The notes: generated by a model not told the origin, from the sequence alone. 64,000 bases of DNA from Octopus vulgaris (GCA_951406725.2 OX597841.1:14632001-14696000), one strand, 5' to 3'; counted from the first letter of the stretch, positions 11,476-24,434 are shown. Numbers and translations are program-made.

Positions 11476-11898
11476 ATGATGATGATAATAATATTAGGGA
11501 ATATGATTCCAAACTTACAGGGAAAAATTGGCTTATACCCCTCCCCTCAAAATCACTGACCTTGCACGAAAATTAGTGTTATCGGCCAACTATTTTGTTA
11601 TTAAACCAATTAACCAATCGATTGGTTTGGTTAATCAATAATTCGATTTCATCACTTCGTCTGAGTTGTTTTGTCCCCGACATTGTGCACTTTCAGCAAA
11701 GATGACACCACCACATCACTAGTGCCACCACCTTCACCACCAACACCACACCGTCTACAACTACCACCAACATCACCACCACCACCACCCTCTCCCAAAC
11801 ACCACCATTGATTCCCCCAGTATACAACTGGTACTTCATTTATTGACCCCCGAAAAGACGACAGGCAAAGTCGACCTCAGCAGAAAGTCATCTCAGAA

Positions 11899-12308
11899 AG
11901 GAGTGGCTGTGTGGTAAGTAGCTTGCTTACCAACCACATGGTTCCGGGTTCAGTCCCACTGCGTGGCACCTTGGGCAAGTGTCTTCTGCTATAGCCCCGG
12001 GCTGACCAATGCCTTGCGAGTGGATTTGGTAGACGGAAACTGAAAGAAGCCTGTCGTATATATGTATATATATATATATATGTGTATGTGTGTGTGTTTG
12101 TGTGTGTGTGTGTTTGTCCCCCTAGCATTGCTTGACAACCGATGGTGGTGTGTTTACGTCCCCGTTACTTAGCGGTTCGGCAAAAAGAGACTGATAGAAT
12201 AAGTACTGGGCTTACAAACAATAAGTCCCAGGGTTCGATTTGCTCGACTAAAGGCGGTGCTCCAGCATGGCCGCAGTCAAATGACGGAAACAAGCAAAAG
12301 AGAAAGAG
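11899..12308 (+). mobile_element. Dominant SINE copy
   Basis: Same sequence as 4618-5012. Confidence 0.9.
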
Positions 12309-12589
12309 AGAATCCTTTCATGAAAAAAAGCACAACGAGATGTCGTCAGGCATTCTAACGATTCCGACAGATTGGTCTGCCTTAAACGAATCAATCAAGC
12401 ATTGATGTTTGACAGACAAGACATAGTGGTTGTTGGTGTTGTTGTTGTTTGTTGTTATGGATTTCTTTTGCCTCAGAGAAATGTTTAAGAGGAAAATTAT
12501 GTTTGCTAAGTCATCCGGAAACATTAGAGACAAAGAGACGGGATTTTATGCAAGTTGTTCAGTTGGAAGCCAGTTTTGTCATTGAAAGG

Positions 12590-13078
12590 CAGTGGGTGGG
12601 TGGGTGGGTGTGCTGTGTGTGTGTGTGTGTGTGTGTATGCGTGTTTGTCTTTGTGTGTGTGTGTGCTTGTGTTTGTATGTGTGTGCATTTGTATGTGTGT
12701 GTGCGTGTGTGTGTATTTGTGTGTGTGTTTCTGTGCTTGTGTGTGTATTTGTGTGCATTTGTATGTGTGTGTGCGTGTGTGTGTATTTGTTTTTGTGTGT
12801 GTGTGTGCTTGTGTTTGTATGTGTGTGTATTTGTGTGTGTGCTTGTTTGTATGTGTGTATTTGTGTTTGTGTGTGCATGTATTTGTGTGTATGTCTGTGT
12901 GTTTGATGTGTGTGCATTTGTATGTGTGTGTGTGTGTGTGTGTTTGTGTGTGTGTGTGCTTGTGTGTGCGTGTGTGTGTGCTTGTGTATGTGTGTGTGTG
13001 TGTGCATGTATTTGTATGTGCTTGTCTGTGTGTATTTGTGTTTGTGCATGTTTCTGGGCTTGTGCGTGTGTGTGTGTA
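12590..13078. repeat. Degenerate (TG)n microsatellite
   Basis: Direct reading. Confidence 0.95.
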
Positions 13079-13464
13079 GTGGGGGGGAGAGTGCCTGTCC
13101 TCATCACTAGGGTGTCACACTCATCATCCTAGCGATCGTGGTTTCAATTCCTAGGCTGGGTGGTGTGTTGTTTTCTTGAGCAAAACACCTCATCTCATGC
13201 TGCTATGCAACCACTTCACCCCGTGACGCGTGGCACAGTGTGCCCCTGTTCAGACGACATCAATATGATGGAGCGAGTGTACTAATGCACGGCATGAATA
13301 TTTGATCACTCGAAACAAATCGTCTCTGCAGATCAATCGGCAAAAATCAAACACTCATCATCTTTGATGGGAGAGTCCATCACATAATGAACTGTTCCGT
13401 GATTGTAAGATCAACAAAAGTACTCCATCTTGTGAGAGATTCATATCTCTCTATATATAACATC

Positions 13465-13942
13465 AACATCAATGGAATTTGAAGCTGTGATACCAGTGCT
13501 GGTGGCTCGTAAGAGAACCATTCGAACGTGGCCGTAGCCAGCGCCTCCCTGACTGGCCTCCGTGCCGGTGGCATGTAAAAAGCACCATCCAACCGTGGCC
13601 GTTTGTCAGCCTCGCCTGGCCTCCGTGCTGGTGGCACGTAAAAAGCACCATCCAACCGTGGCCGTTTGCCAGCCTCGCCTGGCCTCCGTGCTGGTGGCAC
13701 GTAAAAAGCACCATCCGACCATGGCCGTTTGTCAGCCTCGTCTGGCACTTGTGCCGATGGCACGTAAAAAGCACCCACTACACTCACGGAGTGATTGGCG
13801 TTAGGAAGGGCATCCAGCCGTAGAAACACTGCCAGGTCAGACTGGGCCTGGTGCAGCCTTCTGGCTCCCCAGACCCCAGTTGAACCATCCAACCCATGCC
13901 AGCATGGAAAGCGGACGTTAAACGATGATGATGATGATGATA
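13465..13942 (+). mobile_element. RTE 3'-UTR fragment with tandem ~63-bp internal repeats
   Basis: Three to four copies of GGTGGCACGTAAAAAGCACCATCC..., then the (TGA)n tail. Confidence 0.75.
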
Positions 13943-14812
13943 TAAAGCTGAAGTTGTCTGTGTGTGTGTGGCAGGTTTGGTAGCCTTCATCTATCACTAT
14001 CTCCTCCGAGACCCTGCAGCGCAATTTGACCAAAATTGAGAGTATGATAGAAGAAGGCTTGCTCTTCCTTCCATCACCATCATCATCATCATCATCGTCT
14101 AACGTCCGCTTTCCATGCTAGCATGGGTTGGACGATCTCACTGAGGACTGGCGAACTAGATGGCTGCACCAGGCTCCAGCTGAATGACTAATTTATTACA
14201 ACCATTTTGAAGAAACTCTTTTACCATTTGAACAATTTGTCATGCATGAAGAATGTGCAATTTCACAAAGACAAGCTGCGATGCATTCCCACCACATCAG
14301 GGACAAAAGCAGTGACAACATTATTGGTAGGCAGATGCTGACCGACGCCATCATCTTTGTCAAAGACTTTTCAGAAGAACAGAATGGAAAACGCAGCACG
14401 ATATTTGCTTCAACACAGAACTGCAAAAAAACTATTGTCTGAAAAACGATGCCATTATGTTCAAATACAAGAGGCTGCAAAATATCACTGATTCTGGGCA
14501 TAAAACAGCAAGACAAGCATTTGTGTAGCTATGCTTTTAGTCATGTATAGAGTTAATAAGGATGTTACAGAGACTACGAAATCTTCTTTGCTGTGTCAAG
14601 ACATTTATTGCTACAAAAATATTTCTTTCACTCAAACATTTATAATATCAATACAGTTGCTCTTCTCTCTGAATATATACATGTGTAGTTACCTGTCTCT
14701 TTGGAGAGAAAGATTTTCCATATTTATCAGAATTATACGGTTTCTCTTCAGTGTAAATGTTTTTATGTCTTCTTGTCCTCATTTCAGTAGAATGATTTAT
14801 CAAAAATATCCC

Positions 14813-15631
14813 TCAGGTGGTTTCTCTGGTATGAATACGTTTGTGTTTATTTAAATTAGCCATTTGACTGAACGATTTCCCACAGGTATCACAATGATAC
14901 GGTTTCTCACCTGTATGGACACGTATGTGTTTAGTCAAACCATTTTCATCATGGAACGACTTGCCGCACACATCACAATGAAACGGCCTCTCACCTGTAT
15001 GAATACGCCTGTGTTTAGTCAAGGTGCCCCCTTCAGAGAAAGACTGACCACAGATAAGACACTGGTACGGCTTCTCACCTGTATGAATGCGCTTGTGAGC
15101 AGTCAAGTGTTCGTTTCGAGAGAATGATTTACCACAGGTATCACAGTTATATGGTTTCTCACCTGTATGAACAGTTTCATGTTTAATTAAATGGTCAGAT
15201 CGCGTGAAGGATTTACTACAGATATCACACTGATAATGTTTCTCACCTGTATGAATGTATTTGTGTTTGGTTAAGTCGTGATTTTGGTAGAACGATTTTC
15301 CACAGACATCGCAGTGAAATCGCTTGTCACCTGCATGAATGCGTTTGTGTTTGGTCAAGTGGTCAGACCGAGAGAACGATTTACCACAGGTGTCGCAATG
15401 GTAGGGTCTCTCACCTGTATGGATGCGTATGTGTTTGGTCAATTGGTGATTTTCAGCAAATGGCTTACCACAGGTGTCACAGTGGAACCGTTTCTCACCT
15501 GTATGGCTACGTTTGTGAATGGTGAGGGTGTGGTTTCGACCAAAGGACTTTTTACAGATATCACATTCGTGTGATTTCTTTTCTTTTTCCTTTGGCATCT
15601 CCTCATTCAAGTCAACACGTTCCGTCAGCAT
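14813..15631 (-). CDS. C2H2 zinc-finger protein, 9 tandem fingers (272 aa)
   Basis: Nine CxxC-12-HxxxH units with TGEKP/TGERP linkers; acceptor TTGTTTCAG at 15954-15956; AATAAA on - at 14604-14609. Confidence 0.93.
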   Translation of the reverse strand: MLTERVDLNEEMPKEKEKKSHECDICKKSFGRNHTLTIHKRSHTGEKRFHCDTCGKPFAENHQLTKHIRIHTGERPYHCDTCGKSFSRSDHLTKHKRIHAGDKRFHCDVCGKSFYQNHDLTKHKYIHTGEKHYQCDICSKSFTRSDHLIKHETVHTGEKPYNCDTCGKSFSRNEHLTAHKRIHTGEKPYQCLICGQSFSEGGTLTKHRRIHTGERPFHCDVCGKSFHDENGLTKHIRVHTGEKPYHCDTCGKSFSQMANLNKHKRIHTRETT

Positions 15632-17667
15632 TCCACATTGTCATCACATATTTCGTTTCTCGTTATTTCTCCTTCCTCACCACAAATGGCAAATCTTTAC
15701 AAAACTTTAATCCTAACAAAAAATTAATTATTTTCCTCAATATCTGAAGATGTTGCCAACTCTTTTGTAATCCAAGTTTAAGAGGAACCCAAAATGGCCA
15801 TCAAAGAAGAATTTTGCTTCAGCCACAAGAATTATTACCTTCTTTGTATGAACAGGAATATATCTGTTCTCTGTAACAATTTTGTTTAGTCTTTGAAAGA
15901 CGATAAATATTGATGACGAATCCAAAGTCAAAGAAATTCTTTAATCCCGTAATCTGAAACAAGAGAGAAACGGCAGAAATTATAGAGGATACTTCAAATA
16001 AAACAACGGAGATTACACTTTGGAAGATTTTAAGTTATATTCCGGATTATGTGAAGACATCTTTTATCTCTGACTCATTTCAAGTACTGGATTGTGGCCC
16101 AACTGGGGCACTGCCTTTAAAGGTTCAGTGGAACAAATTAATTGCAGTACTTATTCGTCTTCTCCTTACTCTAGCATTTTCTTGGACAAATGTTACATTA
16201 CAAGGCCATAAACAAACCAACACCGGTTGTCAATCAGTCGTGGGGAACAAACACAAAAAGACACAAGCATCCACAAATATTCAAATGTGTAAGATGATTG
16301 CCTCATCTCGTAAGAAGAAGGGCATCTCGCATTCAACCTCATCATCATCATCGTTTAACGTCCACTTTCCATGCTAGCATGGGTTGGACGATTTGACTGA
16401 GGACTGGCGAACCAGATGGCTGCACCAGGCTCCAATCTTGATCTGGCAGAGTTTCTACAGCTGGATGCCCTTCCTAACGCCAACCGCTCCGAGAGTGTAG
16501 CAGGTGCTTTTACGTGGCACCAGCACGGAAGCCAGTTAACTGCTCTGGCAACAATCATGCTCAGATGGTGCTCTTAGCACCCTACTAGCACAGGGCACAA
16601 GTGCCAGTAAGACAGTGTGTGCATGTATATATACATGTACACACATAGAGAATTTTGATCTTATATTATTTTTCTATATATATATATATTTATATTTTAC
16701 AGTTAATCTTCATGTACCCCAACCACCCAACATCTTATAATAATTCTGCTTGTCATTACGTTACTTAGCCCATCGGTAACGTTTTCACATGATTAGAGGA
16801 AAAGAGGGAAAAATAAGAGGGAGAAAGAAGCGTCCATGACAGAAGGAAGAGGGAATGTAATTGCAACGCTTTCCCGTGATTCGTTTGAAGGAAAAGAGAG
16901 AAAGAAAAGGGAGAAAAAGAGGGTACGGTAAAGAGTGGGAGAGAAAAAGGGAGAAAGAAAAAGAGAGGGAAAAACAGAGAGAGAAGTGTCCGTGATGTGA
17001 GGTTGGGGGAACGTAATAATGTTAGCAGAGGGGTGATGTTCTGATGGTGAGGTTAAATAAAGGCAGAGAGAGAGTGGGGAGAGAGAGAGATGATGATGAT
17101 GGTGGTGGTGGCAGTGGTGATAAGTGAAAAGTGCAATTTTAAAAGATGAACTGAGTTTTTTACATTACCTATCATTTAACGCATGCATGTAAGTGCAATT
17201 GCATGAAATATTCACGTTTATTTACGTGGCAAATATGTGCAATTTAACAAAAGGTTGTATCATATTTTTTTTCTATTTATTTCAGTCATTTGACTGCGGC
17301 CATGCTGGAGCACCAACCTCTTTAGTCAAAGAAATCGACCCCGAGACTTATTCTTTATAACCCTAGTACTTATTCTATCGGTCTCTTTTGCCGAACCGCT
17401 AAGTTACAGGGACGTAAAAACACCAGCATCAGTTGTCAAGTGGTGGTGGGGTGGAGGGACAAACACACACAAATAGGAGACATTTATTGTTATCAAAATA
17501 TTTCTTTCACTCAAACATTTATAATATCAATACAGTTGCTCTTCTCTCTGAATATATACATGTGTAGTTACCTGTCTCTTTGGAGAGAAAGATTTTTCCA
17601 TCTTTATCAGAATTACATGGTTTCTCTTCAGTGTAAATGTTTTTATGTCTTGTCCTTATTTCAGTAC

Positions 17668-18357
17668 TAGGTGGTTTCTCTGGTAAGAATGCGTTTGTGT
17701 TTATTTAAATTAGCCATTTGACTGAATGATTTCCCACAGGTATTACACTGATACGGTTTCTCACCTGTATGACTGCATATGTGTTTAATTAAACCATTTT
17801 CATCATAGAATGACTTACCACAGAATACCTTTGTGTTTAGTTAAGGTTCTCCCTTTCAGAGAATGACTGACCACGGGCGAGGCACAGATATGGTCTCTCA
17901 CCTGTATGAATGCCTTTGTGTTTAGTTAAGGTTCTCCCTTTCAGAGAATGACTGACCACAAGTGAGGTACAGATATGGTCTCTCACCTGTATGAATACCT
18001 TTGTGTTTAGTTAAGGTTCTCCTTTTCAGAGAATGACTGACCACAGGTGAGGCACAGATATGGTCTCTCACCTGTATGAATACCTTTGTGTTTAGTTAAG
18101 GTTCTCCCTTTCAGAGAATGACCACAGGTGAGGGACAGATATTGTCTCTCACCTGTATGAATACCTTTGTGTTTAGTTAAGGTTCTCCCTTTCAGAGAAT
18201 GACCACAGGTGAGGGACAGATATTGTCTCTCACCTGTATGAATACGCCTGTGTTTAGTTAAGGTTCTCCTTTTCAGAGAATGACTGACCACAGGTGAGGC
18301 ACAAATATGGTCTCTCACCTGTATGAATATGCTTGCACAGGTAACACATTCATGCAC
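17668..18357 (-). pseudogene. Degenerate zinc-finger array 3' of the second ZNF stop codon
   Basis: About 6 frameshifted 81-85-bp copies of one finger ([12 protein letters not shown]...), followed by a remnant of the paralog's last finger and C-terminus (...[16 protein letters not shown]). Confidence 0.8.
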
Positions 18358-18363
18358 CTTGTC

Positions 18364-19338
18364 TCATTTATGAACGTATTTGTGTGTATTTAAGTGGTTT
18401 TTTTGAGAGAATGCTTTGCCACACACGTCACAATGAAATGGTCTCTCACCTGTATGAATGCGCTTGTGTGCAGTCAGGTGTTCTTTCCGGGAGAATGGTT
18501 TACCACAGATATCGCAGTCGTACGGTTTCTCCCCAGTATGAATGCGCTTATGTGCAGTCAAGTGAGGATTTTGTGAGAACGATTTCCCACAGGTATCACA
18601 CTGATACGGTTTCTCACCTGTATGAACGCGTATGTGTTTCGCTAAGCCGTTTTCATCATGGAACGACTTGCCACACACGTCACAATGGAACGGCCTCTCA
18701 CCTGTATGAACACCTTTGTGTTTAGTCAAAGCTCCTAACCTAGAGAACCTCTTACCACAGACAACGCACTGATACGGCTTCTCACCTGTATGAATGTGCT
18801 TGTGTGCGATTAGCTGTTCCTTTTGGGAGAAGGGTTTACCACAGATATCGCAGTCATATGGTTTCTCACCTGTATGAATACTTTTATGTTTTAGCAAATG
18901 GTCAGATCGCGTGAAGGATTTACCGCAGATATCACACTGGTAACGTTTCTCACCTGTATGAACGTATTTGTGTTTGGTTAAGTCGTGGATTTGATAGAAC
19001 GATTTGCCACAGATATCGCAGTGAAATTGTTTCTCGCCAGTATGAATAAATTTATGTTTAGTTACGTGAGTAGACTGAGAGAACGATTTACCACAGATGT
19101 CGCAATGGTAGGGTCTCTCCCCTGTATGGACGCGTATGTGTTTGGTCAATTGGTACTTCTCTGCGAATGCTTTACCGCAGACATCACAGTGGAACCGTTT
19201 CTCACCTGTATGGCTACGTTTGTGAATGGTGAGGGTGTGGTTTCGACCAAAGGACTTTTTACAGATATCACATTCGTGTGATTTCTTTTCTTTTTCCTTT
19301 GGCATCTCCTCATTCAAGTCAATACGTTCCGTCAGCAT
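18364..19338 (-). CDS. C2H2 zinc-finger protein, 11 tandem fingers (324 aa), paralog of 14813-15631
   Basis: Near-identical N-terminus MLTER(I/V)DLNEEMPKEKEKKSHECDIC; 11 fingers; acceptor at 19670-19672; AATAAA on - at 17483-17488. Confidence 0.93.
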   Translation of the reverse strand: MLTERIDLNEEMPKEKEKKSHECDICKKSFGRNHTLTIHKRSHTGEKRFHCDVCGKAFAEKYQLTKHIRVHTGERPYHCDICGKSFSQSTHVTKHKFIHTGEKQFHCDICGKSFYQIHDLTKHKYVHTGEKRYQCDICGKSFTRSDHLLKHKSIHTGEKPYDCDICGKPFSQKEQLIAHKHIHTGEKPYQCVVCGKRFSRLGALTKHKGVHTGERPFHCDVCGKSFHDENGLAKHIRVHTGEKPYQCDTCGKSFSQNPHLTAHKRIHTGEKPYDCDICGKPFSRKEHLTAHKRIHTGERPFHCDVCGKAFSQKNHLNTHKYVHK

Positions 19339-19799
19339 TTCACATTGTCATCACATATTTCGCTTCTCGTTATTTCTCATTCCTCACCACAAATGGCAAA
19401 TCTTTACAAAACTTTAATCCTAACAAAAACTTATTATTTTCCTCAATATCTGAAGATGTTGCCAACTCTTTTGTAATCCAAGTTTAAGAGGAACCCAAAA
19501 TGGCCATCAAAGAGGAATTTTGCTTCAGCCACAAGAATTATTACCTTCTTTGTAGAAACAGGAATATATCTGTTCTCTGTAACAATTTTGTTTAGTCTTT
19601 GAAAGACGATAAATATTGATGACGAATCCAAAGTCAAAGAAATTCTTTAATCCAATGTTATCCGGTAATCTGAAATAAGAGAGAAACGGCAGAAATTATA
19701 GAGGATACTTAATCTAAACCAGTTATACAATATAGGCCGACTCAAAGTACAAGCTTAAGCTTTATGAAATATGTAGGCCACAATCACTTGATTACTCTT

Positions 19800-20195
19800 T
19801 TATACTCTTTTACTTGTTTCAGTCATTTGACTGCGGCCATGCTGTAGCACCGCCTTTAGTCGAGCAACTCGACCCCGGGACTTATTCTTTGTAAGCCCAG
19901 TACTTATTCTATCGGTCTCTTTTGCCGAACCGCTAAGTGACGGGGACGTAAACACACCAGCATCGGTTGTCAAGCAATGCTAGGGGGACAAACACAGACA
20001 CACATACACACACATATATATACATATATACGACGGGCTTCTTTTCAGTTTCCGTCTACCAAATCCACTCACAAGGCTTTGGTCGGCCCGAGGCTATAGT
20101 AGAAGACACTTGCCCAAGGTGCCACGCAGTGGGACTGAACCCGGAACCATGTGGTTGGTAAGCAAGCTACTTACCACACAGCCACTCCTGCGCCT
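19800..20195 (-). mobile_element. Dominant SINE copy
   Basis: Reverse complement of the 4618 family. Confidence 0.9.
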
Positions 20196-20428
20196 GATGA
20201 TTACATAAAGAGGAGTCAGAGTCAGAAGTGTCAGTAGTAGAGGAGTCAAAGTTTTTTGTTTCGACTCTACAGCCCTGGTGATGATTCTCCCAAATCATAC
20301 AAGTGACAAGGTGCACCCCGGTCTCTGAGTACAGTCAGTGGTTGCTTATGAAATCTGGCAGACAAGTGACTTTGTTTCCTCATAACTTCCAGAAAAAATG
20401 GATATTTTTTAATGAAATCTTCATCATC

Positions 20429-20838
20429 AGGCGCAGGAGTGGCTGTGTGGTAAGTAGCTTGCTTACCAACCACATGGTTCCGGGTTCAGTCCCACTGCGT
20501 GGCATCTTGGGCAAGTGTCTTCAGCTATAGCCCCGGGCCGACCAAAGCCTTGTGAGTGGATTTGGTAGACGGAAACTGAAAGAAGCCTGTCGTATATATG
20601 TATATATATATATGTATGTGTGTGTGTTTGTGTGTCTGTGTTTGTTCCCCTAGCATTGCTTGACAACCGATGCTGGTGTGTTTATGTCCCCGTCACTTAG
20701 CGGTTCAGCAAAAGAGACCGATAGAATAAGTACTGGGCTTACAAAAAATAAGTACCGGGGTCAATTTGCTTGACTAAAAGGCGGTGCTCCAGCATGGCCG
20801 CAGTCAAATGACTGAAACAAGTAAAAGAGTAAAAGAGT
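20429..20838 (+). mobile_element. Dominant SINE copy
   Basis: Head-to-head with the 19800-20195 copy. Confidence 0.9.
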
Positions 20839-21979
20839 ATCATCATTTAATGTCTGTTGTCCATGCTGGTATGGGTTGGACGGTTCGGCCGGGGTCTGGG
20901 AAGCCAGGAGGCTGCACCAGGCTCCAGTCTGATCTGGCAGTGTTTCTACACTCCGTGAGTGTAGTGGGTGCTTTTAATGTGCCACCGGCCGAGGGGCTAC
21001 GGAAGACTGGTAAACGGTCAAAATCGGTTGGTGCTTTTTACGTGTCACCGGCACGGATGCCAGTCAAGGCGGTGCTGTCATCGACCACATTCGGATGGTG
21101 CTTTTTACATGCCACTGATACAGGTATCACAACTACAATTTCCATTTGATTTTTATTTTGATGTTGATGTACTTGACTCAATAGGTCTCCTCAAGCACAG
21201 CAGGTCGCCCTACGATCCAAGGTTAGCACAGCAGGCCGTCCTGAGAGCCATGAACTCACTTCATTTGTTGGGCACACAGGAGTGGCTGTGTGGTAAGTAG
21301 ATTGCTAACCAACCACATGGTTCTGGGTTCAGTCCCACTGCATGGCACCTTGGGCAAGTGTCTTCTACTATAGCCCCGGGCCGACCAATGCCTTGTGAGT
21401 TGATTTGGTAGACGGAAACTGAAAGAAGCCTGTTGTATATATGTATATATATATATATATATATGGCGGTGCCCCAGCATGGCCACAGCTCATGAGCTGA
21501 AACTAGAATCAATCAATCAATCAATATATATGTGTGTGTTTGTGTTTGTCCCCCTAGCATTGCTTGACAACCGATGCTGGTGTGTTTATGTCCCCGTCAC
21601 TTAGCGGTTCGGCAAAAGAGAGCGATAGATTAAGTACTGGGCTTACAAAGAATAAGTCCTGGGGTCAATTTGCTCAACTAAAGGCAGTGCTCCAGCATGG
21701 CCGCAGTCAAATGACTGAAACAAGTAAAAGAGCAAAAGAGTATACAAATTTTTTTTTTTCCCATAATTTTATGAATTCCATGTCTAAAACACAAATTCAC
21801 AAAAGTTTTCTGAAAATTCCAAACAAAAAAAATTTTAATTTATGAGAGGTTGTGTGCATTTTTTTGTTGCTTAAATACCTACAATGGGCCATCCTGGGGC
21901 TAAACAAAATGTGTTCAGGGGGAGGGGAAATATGGAAAAACCTCAATACATGCCGTCAGAGTGACGAAGAGGCGAGAAT

Positions 21980-23200
21980 GGTATCAGGTGGTCATGGAAT
22001 GTGCTAGAAACAACAGCTAAATCTACCTTAAATCACACACCTTTTCGTATCAGGTGGTCGTGGAATGCGCTAGAAACAACAGCTAAATCTATCTTAAATC
22101 ACACAACTTTTCCTATCAGGTGGTCGGGGAGTGTGCTAGAAACAACAGCTAAATCTATCTTAAATCACACAACTTTTCCTATCAGGTGGTCGTGGAATGC
22201 GCTAGAAACAGCAGCTAAATCTATCTTAAATCACACACCTTTCCGTATCAGGTGGTCGTGGTCAGGGAGTGTGCTAGAAACAACAGCTAAATCTATCTTA
22301 AATCACACACCCTTTCGTATCAGGTGGTTGTGGAGTGTACTAGAAACACCAGCTAAATCTATCTTAAATCACACAACTTTTCGTATCAGGTGGTTGTGGA
22401 GTGTACTAGAAACAACAGCTAAATCTACCTTAAATCACACAACTTTTCCTATCAGGTGGTCAGGGAGTGTGCTAGAAACACCAGCTAAATCTATCTTAAA
22501 TCACACACCTTTCCGTATCAGGTGGTCGTGGTCAGGGAGTGTGCTAGAAACAACAGCTAAATCTATCTTAAATCACACACCCTTTCGTATCAGGTGGTCG
22601 GGGAGTGTGCTAGAAACACCAGCTAAATCTATCTTAAATCACACACCTTTCCGTATCAGGTGGTCGTGGTCAGGGAGTGTGCTAGAAACAACAGCTAAAT
22701 CTATCTTAAATCACACACCCTTTCGTATCAGGTGGTCGGGGAGTGTGCTAGAAACACCAGCTAAATCTATCTTAAATCACACACCTTTCCGTATCAGGTG
22801 GTCGTGGTCAGGGAGTGTGCTAGAAACAACAGCTAAATCTATCTTAAATCACACACCTTTTCGTATCAGGTGGTCGGAGAGTGTGCTAGAAACACCAGCT
22901 AAATCTATCTTAAATCACACAACTTTTCCTATCAGGTGGTCGGGGAGTGTGCTAGAAACAGCAGCTAAATCTATCTTAAATCACACAACTTTTCCTATCA
23001 GGTGGTCAGGGAGTGTGCTAGAAACAACAGCTAAATCTACCTTAAATCACACAACTTTTCGTATCAGGTGGTTGTGGTCAGGGAGTGTGCTAGAAACAGC
23101 AGCTAAATCTACCTTAAATCACATACCTTTTCGTATCAAGTGGTCGTGGTCAGGGAGTGTGCTAGAAACAGCAGCTAAATCTACTTTAAATCACACACCC
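21980..23200. repeat. Minisatellite, about 20 units of 60/66 bp
   Basis: GTGCTAGAAACAACAGCTAAATCTATCTTAAATCACACACCTTTTCGTATCAGGTGGTC(GTGGTC)AGGGAGT; unit lengths are multiples of 3, which explains the 413-aa ORF. Confidence 0.95.
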
Positions 23201-23512
23201 TCTCGTCTGAAAATAGTTTCAAAATCTTTTTTTTTTTTTTAACGAAAAGGCTCCTCCCATCGTTTTTAAATGCATAGGGCAAAATAAATCGGGCCAAAAT
23301 CGGTCCGGACGGGGTGAGGCAGGGAACAGAGGTGGGGGTAAAAGAAAAAATCGTAAATTCTCAAACTTTTTTTTTGTTCATAAAATCCTTCCCGTTATCA
23401 TTTCGAAGGCTGTGGTAGAAAAATACTAATGGAAAAATCCCTGTCAAAACAGAAAAATCCAACTCATGTGGATGTCCTAATCTGAAACTACGACGTTTAA
23501 TTCTATCAATAA

Positions 23513-23900
23513 CTAGCAGTATCGCCCGGCGTTGCTCGGGTTTGTAAGGGAAATAACTATATAAGCATTTTTAGAGAGTTATAGCCAAAAGATAGCAAAA
23601 AGAATGCATTAAAAATGGAAAAAAATGATGGTAAATTTTTTTTAATCGTTGACTCATCGTAGACATTTTTAGAGAGTTACTTCCCTTATATAATAGCGAA
23701 AAATGCATTAAAATGGAAAAAAATGATGGTAAATTATTTTTTAAATCGTAGACTCATCGTAGACGCGCGCTAATACCCAGAAGGGATCGATATGAATCAC
23801 GACTATAAGATACCCGGTTTTGGTTAAACTGCACCGCAAAATGTGGGAGTAGTTAGGAATCTAAATCGTAGGAGACAGACAGCACACAACTTCACTTAAG
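23513..23900 (-). mobile_element. Non-autonomous Helitron
   Basis: A|CTAGCAGTATCGCCCGGCGTTGCTCGGG is the reverse complement of the family 3' end. Confidence 0.85.
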
Positions 23901-24434
23901 ATGTATGTTATTAATTGGCAGAAATCTGCTTAAAGCACCCCCATATAAATAACCCCACTTTTTTTGGCTTCTGGGGATTTTCAGAAAATATTTGCGAATT
24001 CATGTTCTACACACGAGAATTCATACAATTAAGCAAAATCTAAACCCAAAAAAACACTTTTATTTGTGTGATTTAAGGGTCATTTAGCTGTTATTTTTAG
24101 CACATCTCACGACCACCTCGCACCTTCCTTGTTTCTTTGTCAACGAAGAGGTTTCTCAATATCTTTCTCGCCATAAACACATTTAATGGTCAATTTGCCA
24201 GGATTTAAGCCAAAAATTCGGACAATCCATATTTTTTAAAGTCTGTTTTTTTGGGGTTTTTTTTTAATTCCGAAAATTAAAATTATTTTTTCGTATGAAT
24301 TCCCGACTAATTCGGACACATTTTTTCTGAAGATCCGATCCCCGCCCACCAAATAAATTCAGATCGACGGGTTATACGGGGGTACCTTAAAGCAGAATTC
24401 CGCCCCACCCCCCAAAATAATTATCCAGCTTGAT

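Noticed and set aside
14196-14560. Possible exon or transposase fragment
   Set aside because: No recognisable motif or consistent splice sites.
15737-15931. Conserved 64-aa ORF, also at 19443-19637
   Set aside because: Non-ATG start; the similarity is explained by recent duplication of the ZNF 5' UTR.
21980-23242. CRISPR-like array, or a 413-aa repeat protein
   Set aside because: No unique spacers, only recurring unit variants; eukaryotic context with no cas genes. The ORF starts at GTG and follows from a stop-free unit whose length is a multiple of 3.
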